Assembly: GCA_902596375.1 (NCBI GenBank)
Contig: CACJTU010000006.1
Location: 2,398 to 66,397 of the forward strand
DNA length: 64,000 bases
Source of the DNA: an uncultured Pelagibacteraceae bacterium
Lineage (GTDB): Bacteria; Pseudomonadota; Alphaproteobacteria; Pelagibacterales; Pelagibacteraceae
Direction: 5' to 3'
Shown: piece after piece, positions 19,676 through 29,341 of the stretch
Layout: each line of letters begins with the position of its first letter
Numbering within the stretch: the first letter of the stretch is position 1
The notes under the pieces: model-generated
The model's database searches: none
The model's input: the letters and a program-made list of their open reading frames with translations, nothing else
Told to the model about the DNA's origin: nothing
Position numbers and translations under genes: made by a program

Positions 19676-20616
19676 CTATACATACCTTCTTTAACCTTAA
19701 TCATTTTATACATCAGGTCATTTAAAGGTGTTTTTACTCCATGTTTTTTTCCTATTTTAGAAACTGCTCCACTAATAAAATCAATTTCAGTTTTTCTTTT
19801 GTACTGAACATCAAAAGCCATTGAAGATTTGTTAGTTTGCATAGAATCTACAATTTTATTAAACATAAATAGACATTCATCTTCAGAAACATTAACTCCA
19901 TCAGCAAGTGCCACTTCTCTTGTCTCTAAAATGATTTCTTTACCAAGTCCTCTTGAAACATCATTAGCCTTATTATTTACGTAAAGATCAGTGTGATGTA
20001 GATCAAATATAGCTGAAAGAGGACCTATTGCTGTTAGAGCAAAAAGCTTCATCCATTTTCTTTTTTTTACATCTTCAGCTGCAATCATTTCAAGATTATG
20101 TGCAGTAAAAGTATCAGCTATTTCCGTAATTCTCTCTGTTATTCCTCCTTCATATTCACCAATCCATGAAGGTAATGCGCCATGGTTCATTATATGACCT
20201 GGTCCTAAAATATTAGAAGCTTGTGTTGTTGTTCCACCGATTACTTTTTCATTTCCAACAATACTTTGAATTATTGCCTCATGGCCAATCCCATTTTGAA
20301 AGGACATGAAAACTGTCTTTTCACCAATAATATTTTTAATACTATTTAGAGCTGGTTCCAATGCAGTTGCTTTACACATAACAATCACTGCATCCATTTT
20401 ATTTAACGATGATGGATCAGAAGTAGCATTAACCTTAATTATACGATCTCCACCATGACCATCCATTTTCAAACCATCTTTGTTAATTGCATCCACATGT
20501 TCTTTCCAAACGTCAATTAAAGTTACATTCAAACCTTTTTCAGCTAGCAATCCTCCAAATAGACATCCCATAGCACCTGCGCCTAATACAGCTACTTTTA
20601 AATCTTTATTTATCAT
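19672..20616 (-). CDS. Ketopantoate reductase (PanE/ApbA) family 2-oxoacid reductase
   Basis: GAGAMG, QNG.GHE, W.KL, SSM..D....KTEIDFI.G. Confidence 0.88.
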   Translation of the reverse strand: MINKDLKVAVLGAGAMGCLFGGLLAEKGLNVTLIDVWKEHVDAINKDGLKMDGHGGDRIIKVNATSDPSSLNKMDAVIVMCKATALEPALNSIKNIIGEKTVFMSFQNGIGHEAIIQSIVGNEKVIGGTTTQASNILGPGHIMNHGALPSWIGEYEGGITERITEIADTFTAHNLEMIAAEDVKKRKWMKLFALTAIGPLSAIFDLHHTDLYVNNKANDVSRGLGKEIILETREVALADGVNVSEDECLFMFNKIVDSMQTNKSSMAFDVQYKRKTEIDFISGAVSKIGKKHGVKTPLNDLMYKMIKVKEGMYS

Positions 20617-20704
20617 CGTTACCTTATTTAAAATTATTTATGTATAGAAATTATATATATTATCTATAGACAATATGCAAAATAAATTATAGCTTATTAT
20701 CGTC

Positions 20705-21682
20705 ATGCAATTAAAAATAGAAAAAGGAACTTTTAAAGATTATCCATTAGAGGATATTTCAGATGCGTTAAGAAAAGGATTGTCTGAAAATTTCAAAAAC
20801 GTAGAGGTAGAAGTGGTAGATTGCCCAAATCTAAGAGATTGGGATTGTCCATCAGAAGGAATAAGTGGAAATCAAAAAATAATAGATGTTGGTGGAGAGC
20901 CATATATGCATGATCCAAAATTTATTGGTGCAGAATTTGACTATGAAGAAATATCTAAAATGATTGATTCTGAAAAATCTTATGCTTTAGGAGCTGGATC
21001 AGGTGCAATGTCATGTTTAAATGGTCATTGTGGAGAATTAGTTATTAATGAAAACTTAATAACTGATGAGTCTAAATCAATAATAGCAAGAGTAAGTCCA
21101 GAAAAAAAATGTATTGTTGAAAAGTATTCAGCAAAAAAACATGGTGGACTTGGAAACATTTATTATACAGACGGTAAACAGGGAAAAGTTATTAAAATAA
21201 AAATCAAAGGTAGAAATGGAGAACAAGGTTCTTTGCCTCAAGCAATGAGGTCTTCTTTATCAAAAAATTTAAAAATTAAAGATAATGAACATTTGTCTCT
21301 TGCTGGCGTATTTAGAGTATTAAATGGAAAAATAAGATCACATGTGCAACCTGATTATAAAGATATTAAACACGAGTATTACGATCCAAATCAAATGAAA
21401 TGTGTAAAAGATTTTCTTCAATTTTATGAACCGGTTGGACCAAAATTACAATGTTATTCTATTCTTTGGACTGGTGATCCTACTGGAGGAGAATTAAATC
21501 TAAGAGAGTCTGGTGAACATACTCATTTTCATTCTTACGAACATGAAAAAGATGCAGGACATTATCATTTTGACGTCACACCCGAAGAAATAGAATATGA
21601 AGGTTATTTTAATACTGCAACAGAAGTACATAGAGTTAATAACATTTATAAAGAACTATTAAGTAAAAATAGTATTGAATAG
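20705..21682 (+). CDS. DUF1907 / C11orf54 (PTD012)-family zinc enzyme
   Basis: GL.ENF..VEV.VVDCP.L, DVGG.PY, GAG, HV.PD, LR..EHTHFHS....AGHYHFD.TPEE.EYEGYF, matching the C11orf54 pattern with HxH...H Zn ligands. Confidence 0.8.
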   Translation: MQLKIEKGTFKDYPLEDISDALRKGLSENFKNVEVEVVDCPNLRDWDCPSEGISGNQKIIDVGGEPYMHDPKFIGAEFDYEEISKMIDSEKSYALGAGSGAMSCLNGHCGELVINENLITDESKSIIARVSPEKKCIVEKYSAKKHGGLGNIYYTDGKQGKVIKIKIKGRNGEQGSLPQAMRSSLSKNLKIKDNEHLSLAGVFRVLNGKIRSHVQPDYKDIKHEYYDPNQMKCVKDFLQFYEPVGPKLQCYSILWTGDPTGGELNLRESGEHTHFHSYEHEKDAGHYHFDVTPEEIEYEGYFNTATEVHRVNNIYKELLSKNSIE

Positions 21683-21710
21683 AAAACTCAATGAGTTTAA
21701 ATTTATTTAG

Positions 21711-22127
21711 ATGAAAAGACAGTTCAAGTATCCTAAGCACTTCGAAGAACAAAAAAAAATTCCAAAACTTACTCAAAAAAGAATTCAATTAGCAGAAATA
21801 TCACTTGGAGATTTTGAAGGAAGATTAGCTAATGAATTATTAAATTGGTTTTCCTTAACCCCACAACATTGGATAATGTTACATATGGTTATGCTTGCTT
21901 ATTATAAAAATAAATCAATTACTAAAAATCAATTACTTAAAGTAATCGAGAAATCATATTTGACCTCAAACGTTTATATCGATACAGCAATTAAAAAAGG
22001 TTATTTTAGAATTATAAGAAACGAGAGAGACAAAAGATCTATATTTATTTTACCTTCAGTAATTACCATTAAAACTTTTGAGGAATTTATTGATAGGAGA
22101 GATATTCTTTACAAAGGGGTTAAATGA
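21711..22127 (+). CDS. Small winged-helix (MarR-like) protein
   Basis: C-terminal KKGY...RNERDKRS..I.P wing motif; 138 aa. Confidence 0.55.
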   Translation: MKRQFKYPKHFEEQKKIPKLTQKRIQLAEISLGDFEGRLANELLNWFSLTPQHWIMLHMVMLAYYKNKSITKNQLLKVIEKSYLTSNVYIDTAIKKGYFRIIRNERDKRSIFILPSVITIKTFEEFIDRRDILYKGVK

Positions 22128-22939
22128 AGAATATCTATACTTGGGCTGCAAAACCAGCAAAAAGAACTTTGACTGTTGGGGATTTAAAAGCAGCAAAAGG
22201 AAAAAGAAAATTTACACAAGTTACAGCGAATACTGTTGAAGAAGCCGATGCAGCTGAAAAGGCAGACTTTGACATGATTATATCAAATGCAAAAAACGTT
22301 ATTCCTGTAAGAGAAGGTTCAAAAAATTTATTTTTAACAGCTGCTTTGGTGTTGAATGAGTTTGTAACTGCAGAAGATATTATGCGTGGAGCTTTTAAAG
22401 CATTAGAGAATGGTGCTGATGCAGTTATGACACCAAGAAGTATGGACATAGTTGAAATGCTGGCTAAGGAAGATGTTCCTGTAATGGGACATTTAGGTTT
22501 AGTTCCAAGAAAATCTACTTGGATAGGTGGACTAAGAGCAGTTGGTAAAACAGCAAATGAAGCTTATGAGTTATTTCAAAAATTTAAAAGGCTAGAAGAT
22601 GCAGGAGCTTTTTCTGCTGAGTGTGAAGTAATACCTGAAAACGTAATGGGAGAAATTTCTAAACGAACAGATATTGTTACCGTCTCTTTAGGATCTGGAA
22701 GAAATGCAGATGTGATGTATTTATTTATGGAAGATATTTGTGGTGATACTGAAAATCCACCAAGACATTCCAAAGCTTATGGAAACTTATTAAAACTAAG
22801 AAATGAAATTAAAGTTGAAAGAGTTAAAGCGCTTAAAGCATTTAAAAAAGATTCGATGTCTGGAAAGTTTCCAGGTAAGAAAGAATCTTCTAATTTAGAT
22901 AAAAATCAGTTCAAAGAATTTTTAAATCAACTTGATTAA
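22124..22939 (+). CDS. Divergent PanB-like (ketopantoate hydroxymethyltransferase fold) protein
   Basis: PVMGHLGLVP, GG.RAVGK, LEDAGAF...EV, SLGSG. Lacks the GDS, DMPF and VKLEG motifs. Confidence 0.8.
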   Translation: MKNIYTWAAKPAKRTLTVGDLKAAKGKRKFTQVTANTVEEADAAEKADFDMIISNAKNVIPVREGSKNLFLTAALVLNEFVTAEDIMRGAFKALENGADAVMTPRSMDIVEMLAKEDVPVMGHLGLVPRKSTWIGGLRAVGKTANEAYELFQKFKRLEDAGAFSAECEVIPENVMGEISKRTDIVTVSLGSGRNADVMYLFMEDICGDTENPPRHSKAYGNLLKLRNEIKVERVKALKAFKKDSMSGKFPGKKESSNLDKNQFKEFLNQLD

Positions 22940-23730
22940 TAAGTAGCGTCGTCGTCTTTTTTAGACAAAGAACCTTTCATCTTATCTACAGTTGCTTTTG
23001 CGCCAGCGCTTAAAGCTCTCAAATCAGATGCTATTGTAACAAAATCAAAACCTTTTTTGATCATTTTAGTGGCATATTCTGTAGTACCGTTATGAATTCC
23101 TGCGAAAATATTATTTTTCTTTGCATGTTCTAAAATTCTCAAAATTTCAGAATAAGCTTTTGTTGTTTCAGCTCTATCAAATCCAGGTTTTTCACCTATT
23201 GCTAAACTTAAATCTGCTGGTCCAATATAAATACCATCGACACCTGGTGTAGACATAATCTCATCAAGATTATCTAAAGATTCTTTTGTTTCTATCATTG
23301 CTAATTTTAGTATTTCTTCATTAGCGTGATCCGCATAATCAGCTCCACCATAAATTAAACCTCTAATAGGACCAAAACTTCTGTAACCGTCAGGTGGATA
23401 CATGCACGCTTGAACAAAATTCTCTGCCTCTTTTTTATTACTTACCATCGGACAAACAATTCCATAACATCCAGCATCTAAAATTTTCATAATTTGACCT
23501 GGTTCATTCCAATTAACTCTAGCTAAAGGAGTTACATCTGTTGTTGATATTGTTTGAAGCATAGGAAGCGCATTACTGTAGTCAACTAATCCATGTTGCA
23601 TATCAATAGTTAAAGAGTCCCAACCTTGATGAGCCATTGCTTCAACTGAGGCTGTACTTGGAATAGCACACCAGCCGTTAATAACAGGTTTACCTTCCTT
23701 CATCATTTGTTTGATTTTATTTTTTCTCAT
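22936..23730 (-). CDS. HpcH/HpaI class II pyruvate aldolase
   Basis: D.QHG, ARV, LDAG..G..CPMV, YPP.G.RS, MIET, GPADL. Confidence 0.92.
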   Translation of the reverse strand: MRKNKIKQMMKEGKPVINGWCAIPSTASVEAMAHQGWDSLTIDMQHGLVDYSNALPMLQTISTTDVTPLARVNWNEPGQIMKILDAGCYGIVCPMVSNKKEAENFVQACMYPPDGYRSFGPIRGLIYGGADYADHANEEILKLAMIETKESLDNLDEIMSTPGVDGIYIGPADLSLAIGEKPGFDRAETTKAYSEILRILEHAKKNNIFAGIHNGTTEYATKMIKKGFDFVTIASDLRALSAGAKATVDKMKGSLSKKDDDATY

Positions 23731-23733
23731 TTT

Positions 23734-25176
23734 CTAGATTTTTAAACCCATGTGAGTGTATTTCACATTTAGATAATCTTTTATGGCACCTGAACCACCT
23801 TCACGTCCATAACCAGTTTGTTTTATTCCTCCAAAAGGTGCCTCAGCAATAGCAACAACTCCAGTGTTAACTGCAACACAACCAGACTCTAATTTTTCAG
23901 ATCCAATGTGAGCTTTATCCATAGAGTTAGTGTATAAATAACTACATAATCCTAAGTCATTATCATTTGCTCTTTCAATTACTTCATCAAAAGTTTTAAA
24001 AGTTAAAATTGGTACTAGTGGACCAAAAGGCTCTTCTTTCATGATTGTAAAATTGTCTTTAACATCATCAAAGACTGTTGGTTCATAATAGTATCCTTTG
24101 TTGAAACCAGAAGGTCTTTGTCCACCCATTAATACTTTTGCTCCTTCTTTTTTAGTAGTTTCAACTAGTTTTTCTATTTCTTCCAATCTTTTAGCGGTAG
24201 TTAAAGGTCCAAGATCTACACCTTCGTCCATACCGTTTCCAATTTTTAATTTTTTTGCCCTTTCAATAAAGGCATTAACAAAATCCTCTTTTCTATTTTC
24301 TTGGATATAAAATCTATTAGGTGAAATACAGACCTGACCGTTATTTCTAAATTTTCCAGTTATTGCTATATCAGCTACTTTGTTCATATCTACATCTTCA
24401 CATACAATAAAAGGTGAGTGTCCGCTTAGCTCCATAGTAACTCTTTGAACTTTATCAGCTGCTTTTTTTAAAATAATTTTACCAACTCTAGTCGATCCAG
24501 TAACTGAAACTTTTTTAATTATATCCGATTCCATTAATTCATTTGATATTTCAGCGGGATCACCTGACAAAAGACTAACAACACCATCAGGTACTCCAGC
24601 TTCTTTGCAAATGTTTACTAATTCCATTACAGCACCAGGGGTAATTACGTCAGGCTTACAAATTACAGAACATCCTGCAGCTAGGGCAGTAGAAATTTTT
24701 CTAGATGCTAAAACTATTGGGAAATTCCAAGGAACTAAAGCTGCAACAACTCCCACGGGTTGATAATAAACATGGACTCTAGTATCTGGAAATCTACTTT
24801 GTTGTGTTTGACCATAAATTCTTTTTGTTTCTTCAGCATTCCACTCAAAAATATCAGCTCCACCACCAACTTCACCAACTGCTTCTGCAAGAGGCTTTCC
24901 AACTTCAAGAGTTAACCATTTTGCTATAACATCTTTTTTTTCTCTCATCATGTCTGCAATTTTTCTAAGCACGTAAGCTCTTTGCCATGGTGCAGTGTTT
25001 TTCCAAACTTCCAAACCTTTTTCTGCAGACTTTAATGCTTTTTGTACTTCAATAGATGAAGCTTTTGATGCTTTTCCAATTACTTCTTCTGTTGCAGGGT
25101 TGATTACGTCGTAAGTTTCTTTTTTTTCAGCTTGTTGCCATTTACCGTCAATGAATTGTCCAAATTTTTCGTACAT
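23734..25176 (-). CDS. NAD(P)-dependent aldehyde dehydrogenase (SSADH / alpha-ketoglutaric semialdehyde dehydrogenase type)
   Basis: PWNFP, TGST.VG, MELSGH, NGQVCISP, EEPFGP, PFGG.K.TG.GREGG. Confidence 0.92.
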   Translation of the reverse strand: MYEKFGQFIDGKWQQAEKKETYDVINPATEEVIGKASKASSIEVQKALKSAEKGLEVWKNTAPWQRAYVLRKIADMMREKKDVIAKWLTLEVGKPLAEAVGEVGGGADIFEWNAEETKRIYGQTQQSRFPDTRVHVYYQPVGVVAALVPWNFPIVLASRKISTALAAGCSVICKPDVITPGAVMELVNICKEAGVPDGVVSLLSGDPAEISNELMESDIIKKVSVTGSTRVGKIILKKAADKVQRVTMELSGHSPFIVCEDVDMNKVADIAITGKFRNNGQVCISPNRFYIQENRKEDFVNAFIERAKKLKIGNGMDEGVDLGPLTTAKRLEEIEKLVETTKKEGAKVLMGGQRPSGFNKGYYYEPTVFDDVKDNFTIMKEEPFGPLVPILTFKTFDEVIERANDNDLGLCSYLYTNSMDKAHIGSEKLESGCVAVNTGVVAIAEAPFGGIKQTGYGREGGSGAIKDYLNVKYTHMGLKI

Positions 25177-25268
25177 AGAATTTATTTTTAAGTTTACTTA
25201 ATTAGGTTTTTTAATTTATAAATAGAATTATATATAAACACTATACATATTAAAAGATAAACATATTT

Positions 25269-27113
25269 ATGAAAAAAATTACCCTCACATGTGCTCATGC
25301 GATAGTTAAATATTTAATTGCTCAGAAAATATTAATTAACGGTAAAAAAGAACCTTTATTTCCAGGTGTCTTTGGAATTTTTGGACATGGAAATGTAGCG
25401 TGTCTAGGTCAAGCACTAGAGGAAAATCAAAAAGAACTTCCAACTTATAGAGGACACCATGAACAAAATATGGCTCTTACAGGAATTGGCTATGCTAGAG
25501 CAAAAAGAAGACAACAAATTTTTGTAGCAACATCCTCTGTTGGACCTGGGGCAACAAATATGGTTACAGCTGCTGCAGTTGCTATGAGTAACAGATTACC
25601 AATTTTATTTTTACCTGGAGACACTTATGCAAATAGAATGCCTGACCCAGTATTGCAACAAGTTGAGCATTTTAATAACCCTGGAATTACAGCTAATGAT
25701 GCATTTAAACCAGTTACAAGATATTTTGATAGAATAACAAGACCAGAGCAGATTATTCAATCATTCCCGGCAGCTGTTCAAACAATGTTAGATCCTGCAG
25801 ATTGTGGTCCTGCATGTATCGCTTTAAGTCAAGATATACAAGGTCAAACTTTTGATTATCCTGAGGAATTTTTTAAGGAAAGAGTCCACGCGATCAGAAG
25901 ACCAAGACCAGATGAATTTCAAATCAAAGAGGCAGCAGAAAAAATTAAATTATCAAAAAATCCAATTATAATTTCTGGTGGTGGAGTTTTTTACTCAGAT
26001 GCAATGGATGAGTTAAGTCAATTTGCGATTAAACATAATATACCAGTCACTCAAACTGTAATGGGATATTCTACAATGAAAAGAGATCATTCTCATTTTG
26101 CAGGCCAGATTGGCGGTTTAGGCGGAAAAAATACAAATACATTAGCAAAAGAAACAGATTTAGCAATTGCAGTTGGAACTAAACTTGCAGATTTTACAAC
26201 TGGATCATGGGCAAATTTTGAAAACAAAGATTTTAAACTAGTTTCAATAAATGTATCAAGATTTGATGCTAACAAACATTTAGCACAAGCTGTCATTGGA
26301 GATGCTAAAGTTTCATTAACAGAGCTTTCACTAGCATTAGGCAGTTGGAAAGCTGGAGAAGAATGGAATAAAAAATCTCAAACTGAACTCAAATCTTGGA
26401 ATGAACATATAGATAAAGAGAGTGCGCCAACAAATCAAGAAGTTCCAAGTTATGTTCAGGTAATTGGTGCAATTTATAGAAACTCTGACCCAACAGATAT
26501 AGCTGTTACTGCAGCAGGAGGTTTGGTTGGTGAAGTTGTTCAAGTTTGGAGACCTAGAGAATTAAATACTCATGAAACAGAGTGGGGTTTTAGTTGTATG
26601 AGTTATGAAATTTCAGGAGCACTTGGAATAAAAATGGCTAATCCTGATAAAGAAGTAATTTCTTTTGTAGGAGATGGTTCTTATCTTCTAAATAATACAG
26701 ATATTTATTCATCAGTTATTACAAAAAACAAATTGATAATTATAGTTTGTGATAATGGAGGGTTTGCAGTTATCAATCGACTTCAACTATTTAAAGGTGG
26801 TAAAGAATATAATAACTTATTAAAGAGCTCTAATACTCCAGGATTAGTTGATGTTGATTTTGCAAAACATGCAGAAAGTATGGGAGCTAAATCTGAACAT
26901 GTTAATTCAATTTCAGATCTTGAAGCTGCATTTAAGAGAGCAAAAGCATCTGATGTAACATACGTTATTTCAATAAAAACTCATGCTTATAAGTGGGTTG
27001 AGGGTTCAGCTTTTTGGGATAGCCCAACACTTGAAATTCCTAAAACTAAAGAAAATGAAGAGGCTTTAAAACTTTATAAAGAAGGAAAAGGCAAACAAAG
27101 ACAAGGTGTATAA
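25269..27113 (+). CDS. iolD: 3D-(3,5/4)-trihydroxycyclohexane-1,2-dione acylhydrolase
   Basis: IFGHGNV, EQ.MA, GD.YA.R.PDPVLQQ.E, EWGFSCM.YE, ThDP motif GDGSY...DN. Confidence 0.95.
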   Translation: MKKITLTCAHAIVKYLIAQKILINGKKEPLFPGVFGIFGHGNVACLGQALEENQKELPTYRGHHEQNMALTGIGYARAKRRQQIFVATSSVGPGATNMVTAAAVAMSNRLPILFLPGDTYANRMPDPVLQQVEHFNNPGITANDAFKPVTRYFDRITRPEQIIQSFPAAVQTMLDPADCGPACIALSQDIQGQTFDYPEEFFKERVHAIRRPRPDEFQIKEAAEKIKLSKNPIIISGGGVFYSDAMDELSQFAIKHNIPVTQTVMGYSTMKRDHSHFAGQIGGLGGKNTNTLAKETDLAIAVGTKLADFTTGSWANFENKDFKLVSINVSRFDANKHLAQAVIGDAKVSLTELSLALGSWKAGEEWNKKSQTELKSWNEHIDKESAPTNQEVPSYVQVIGAIYRNSDPTDIAVTAAGGLVGEVVQVWRPRELNTHETEWGFSCMSYEISGALGIKMANPDKEVISFVGDGSYLLNNTDIYSSVITKNKLIIIVCDNGGFAVINRLQLFKGGKEYNNLLKSSNTPGLVDVDFAKHAESMGAKSEHVNSISDLEAAFKRAKASDVTYVISIKTHAYKWVEGSAFWDSPTLEIPKTKENEEALKLYKEGKGKQRQGV

Positions 27114-27119
27114 ACCTTT

Positions 27120-28277
27120 ATGAGTAAAATTTTTAAAGTCGGTCTAATTGGCTGTGGTCATATTTCTGAAACCTATTTTAGAGCCCAGGAGTACTTTAAT
27201 AATATAAGAATAGTCAAATGTGCAGATATAAACATGGATGCTGCTAAAAAATGTGCAATTCACTACAATATTGAGGCTGTAACGGTTGATGAGCTTTTAA
27301 AAGATAAAGAAATTGAAATAATCTTAAATTTAACAATACCAGGTGCACATTATCAAGTTTCTAAATTGGCTCTTGAAAATGGAAAACATTCTTATGCCGA
27401 AAAACCATTAGCAGTTAATTTTGAAGATGGAAAAAATTTAGTTGAACTTGCTAATAAAAAAAATCTTTACATAGGAAACGCGCCAGATACCTTTTTGGGT
27501 GGTGGTATTCAAAAAACTAGAGAGCTAATTGATAATGGTGTCATTGGGGATATTAAATTAGGTAATGCTATATTTGCTTTTCCAGGTGTACAATCTTATC
27601 ATCCAAATCCAGAGTCTTGGTTTGCGGAAAATGAAGGTGGACCAGTTATTGATATGGGGCCGTACTATTTGACAGCACTAGTAAATTTAATTGGTCCAGC
27701 AAAACAGGTTCAAGGAAGGTGTACAAAAGTTTTTGAAGAAAGAGAAATTGGAATTGGTCCAAAAAAAGGTCAAAAATTTAAAGTTGAAACACCAACAACT
27801 TACTTAGCAACTATACAATTTGAAAATGATTGCATAATTCAAATAACTTTATCTTTTGATGTTGTAGCTCATCAAAGAAATCATATTGAGCTTTATGGAA
27901 ACAAAGGGTCAATAATTGTTCCTGATCCAAACATGTTTGGTGGATCTGCTTTTGTTTCAGTGACAGCTGGAGGTAATTGGGGAGAGCACAAAACAGACAT
28001 GATGCCTTTAGGTAAGATTAATATAAAGAGTCAAAGTTCTAGAGCAAATGAGTCACCTACCAATGCAAATTATAGAGGAGCTGGTTTATCAGAAATGGCT
28101 TATGCAATTGAAAATAATTTAGAGCACAGATGTAATGGAGAGCTATCTCTTCATGTTTTAGATATAATAGATTCTACTATGAGAGCTTCACAAACTGGTA
28201 TCCCACAAGAAATAAAAACAACATGCAAGAAACCAAAACCATTTACGTTAGAAGAAATTAAAAAAATAATGAATTAA
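27120..28277 (+). CDS. Gfo/Idh/MocA oxidoreductase
   Basis: GCG.IS..Y, NLTIP..H, EKP, APDTFLG, DMGPYY, PDPN.FGG. Confidence 0.9.
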   Translation: MSKIFKVGLIGCGHISETYFRAQEYFNNIRIVKCADINMDAAKKCAIHYNIEAVTVDELLKDKEIEIILNLTIPGAHYQVSKLALENGKHSYAEKPLAVNFEDGKNLVELANKKNLYIGNAPDTFLGGGIQKTRELIDNGVIGDIKLGNAIFAFPGVQSYHPNPESWFAENEGGPVIDMGPYYLTALVNLIGPAKQVQGRCTKVFEEREIGIGPKKGQKFKVETPTTYLATIQFENDCIIQITLSFDVVAHQRNHIELYGNKGSIIVPDPNMFGGSAFVSVTAGGNWGEHKTDMMPLGKINIKSQSSRANESPTNANYRGAGLSEMAYAIENNLEHRCNGELSLHVLDIIDSTMRASQTGIPQEIKTTCKKPKPFTLEEIKKIMN

Positions 28278-28296
28278 TAAGTTTGTTATACAATTA

Positions 28297-29319
28297 ATGA
28301 AAAAACCAATTGTTATATCTGATCCTTTCCCAAGAACATTAGATCTTATTTTTACTAAAAAAAAATTAAAAGAATTAAAATCAAAATATAAGGTTTTAAT
28401 AGCTCCTAACAAAAACAAAAGACAATTTTATGAAAAATATATTGATAATGTTACTTTTATTATGGGTCAACCAGATTTAGATAAAAAAATTTTGTCAAAA
28501 GCAAAAAAATTAAAAGCAATAATAAATGTTGAAAGTAATTTTATGAATAACGTTGATTATGCTTATTGTGCTAAAAAAGGAATTCATGTTATCGCAACTT
28601 CTCCAGTATTTTCAAAGCCTGTTGCTGAAATTGCATTAGGAATGACACTTTCTCTATTAAGGAATATTCATAATGCTCATTTTGATTTTCTAAAAGGACT
28701 GGAAAAATATGGATTAGAAAGTAATTTAAAAGCGTCGTTATTATCAGGAAAAAAAATTGGATTACTGGGTTTTGGTGATTTGGCTAAATCTTTATATCCA
28801 ATGTTACTACCATTTACTAAAGATATAAATGTTTATGACCCCTGGCTATCAAATAATAAAATTAAAAGTTTCGGATTTAAACCTGTTAGTTTAAATCAAA
28901 TGTTTAAAACATGTGAAATTATTTATATTTTAGCAGCTGTAACAACTAAGAATAAAAATTTAGTAAATAAAAATTTAATTAACAAAATGAAACCGAACTC
29001 ATTAATCATATTGATGAGTCGAGCAGCGGTTGTAAATTTTAAAGATTTAATCAAGAGAGTTAAAAGGGGAGATATATATGTAGCTACAGATGTGTTTCCT
29101 GAAGAGCCAGTGAGAAAAAATGACCCAATTAGGAAAGTTAAAAACATTTTGTTTTCTGCGCATAGAGCAGGAGCTTTAACAGAGGCCTTTTATAGTATGG
29201 GGGATATAGTTTTAAAGGACATGCATCTAATTTCAAAAAATTTAAAACCAAAATTTTGCAAACAAGCTCAATTAAAAACAGTAGGGTTATTGGCCTCAAA
29301 ACCAGTTGCAATTAATTGA
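28297..29319 (+). CDS. D-2-hydroxyacid dehydrogenase family protein
   Basis: GFGDLA, YDPW, SRAAVV, DVFPEEP, SAHRAG. Confidence 0.85.
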   Translation: MKKPIVISDPFPRTLDLIFTKKKLKELKSKYKVLIAPNKNKRQFYEKYIDNVTFIMGQPDLDKKILSKAKKLKAIINVESNFMNNVDYAYCAKKGIHVIATSPVFSKPVAEIALGMTLSLLRNIHNAHFDFLKGLEKYGLESNLKASLLSGKKIGLLGFGDLAKSLYPMLLPFTKDINVYDPWLSNNKIKSFGFKPVSLNQMFKTCEIIYILAAVTTKNKNLVNKNLINKMKPNSLIILMSRAAVVNFKDLIKRVKRGDIYVATDVFPEEPVRKNDPIRKVKNILFSAHRAGALTEAFYSMGDIVLKDMHLISKNLKPKFCKQAQLKTVGLLASKPVAIN

Positions 29320-29341
29320 TATTTTAATAATTTTATAAATT

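Noticed and set aside
19672-22939. Canonical pantothenate biosynthesis (panB + panE)
   Set aside because: The PanB-like protein lacks key motifs, panC is absent and the context is catabolic, so gene symbols were withheld.
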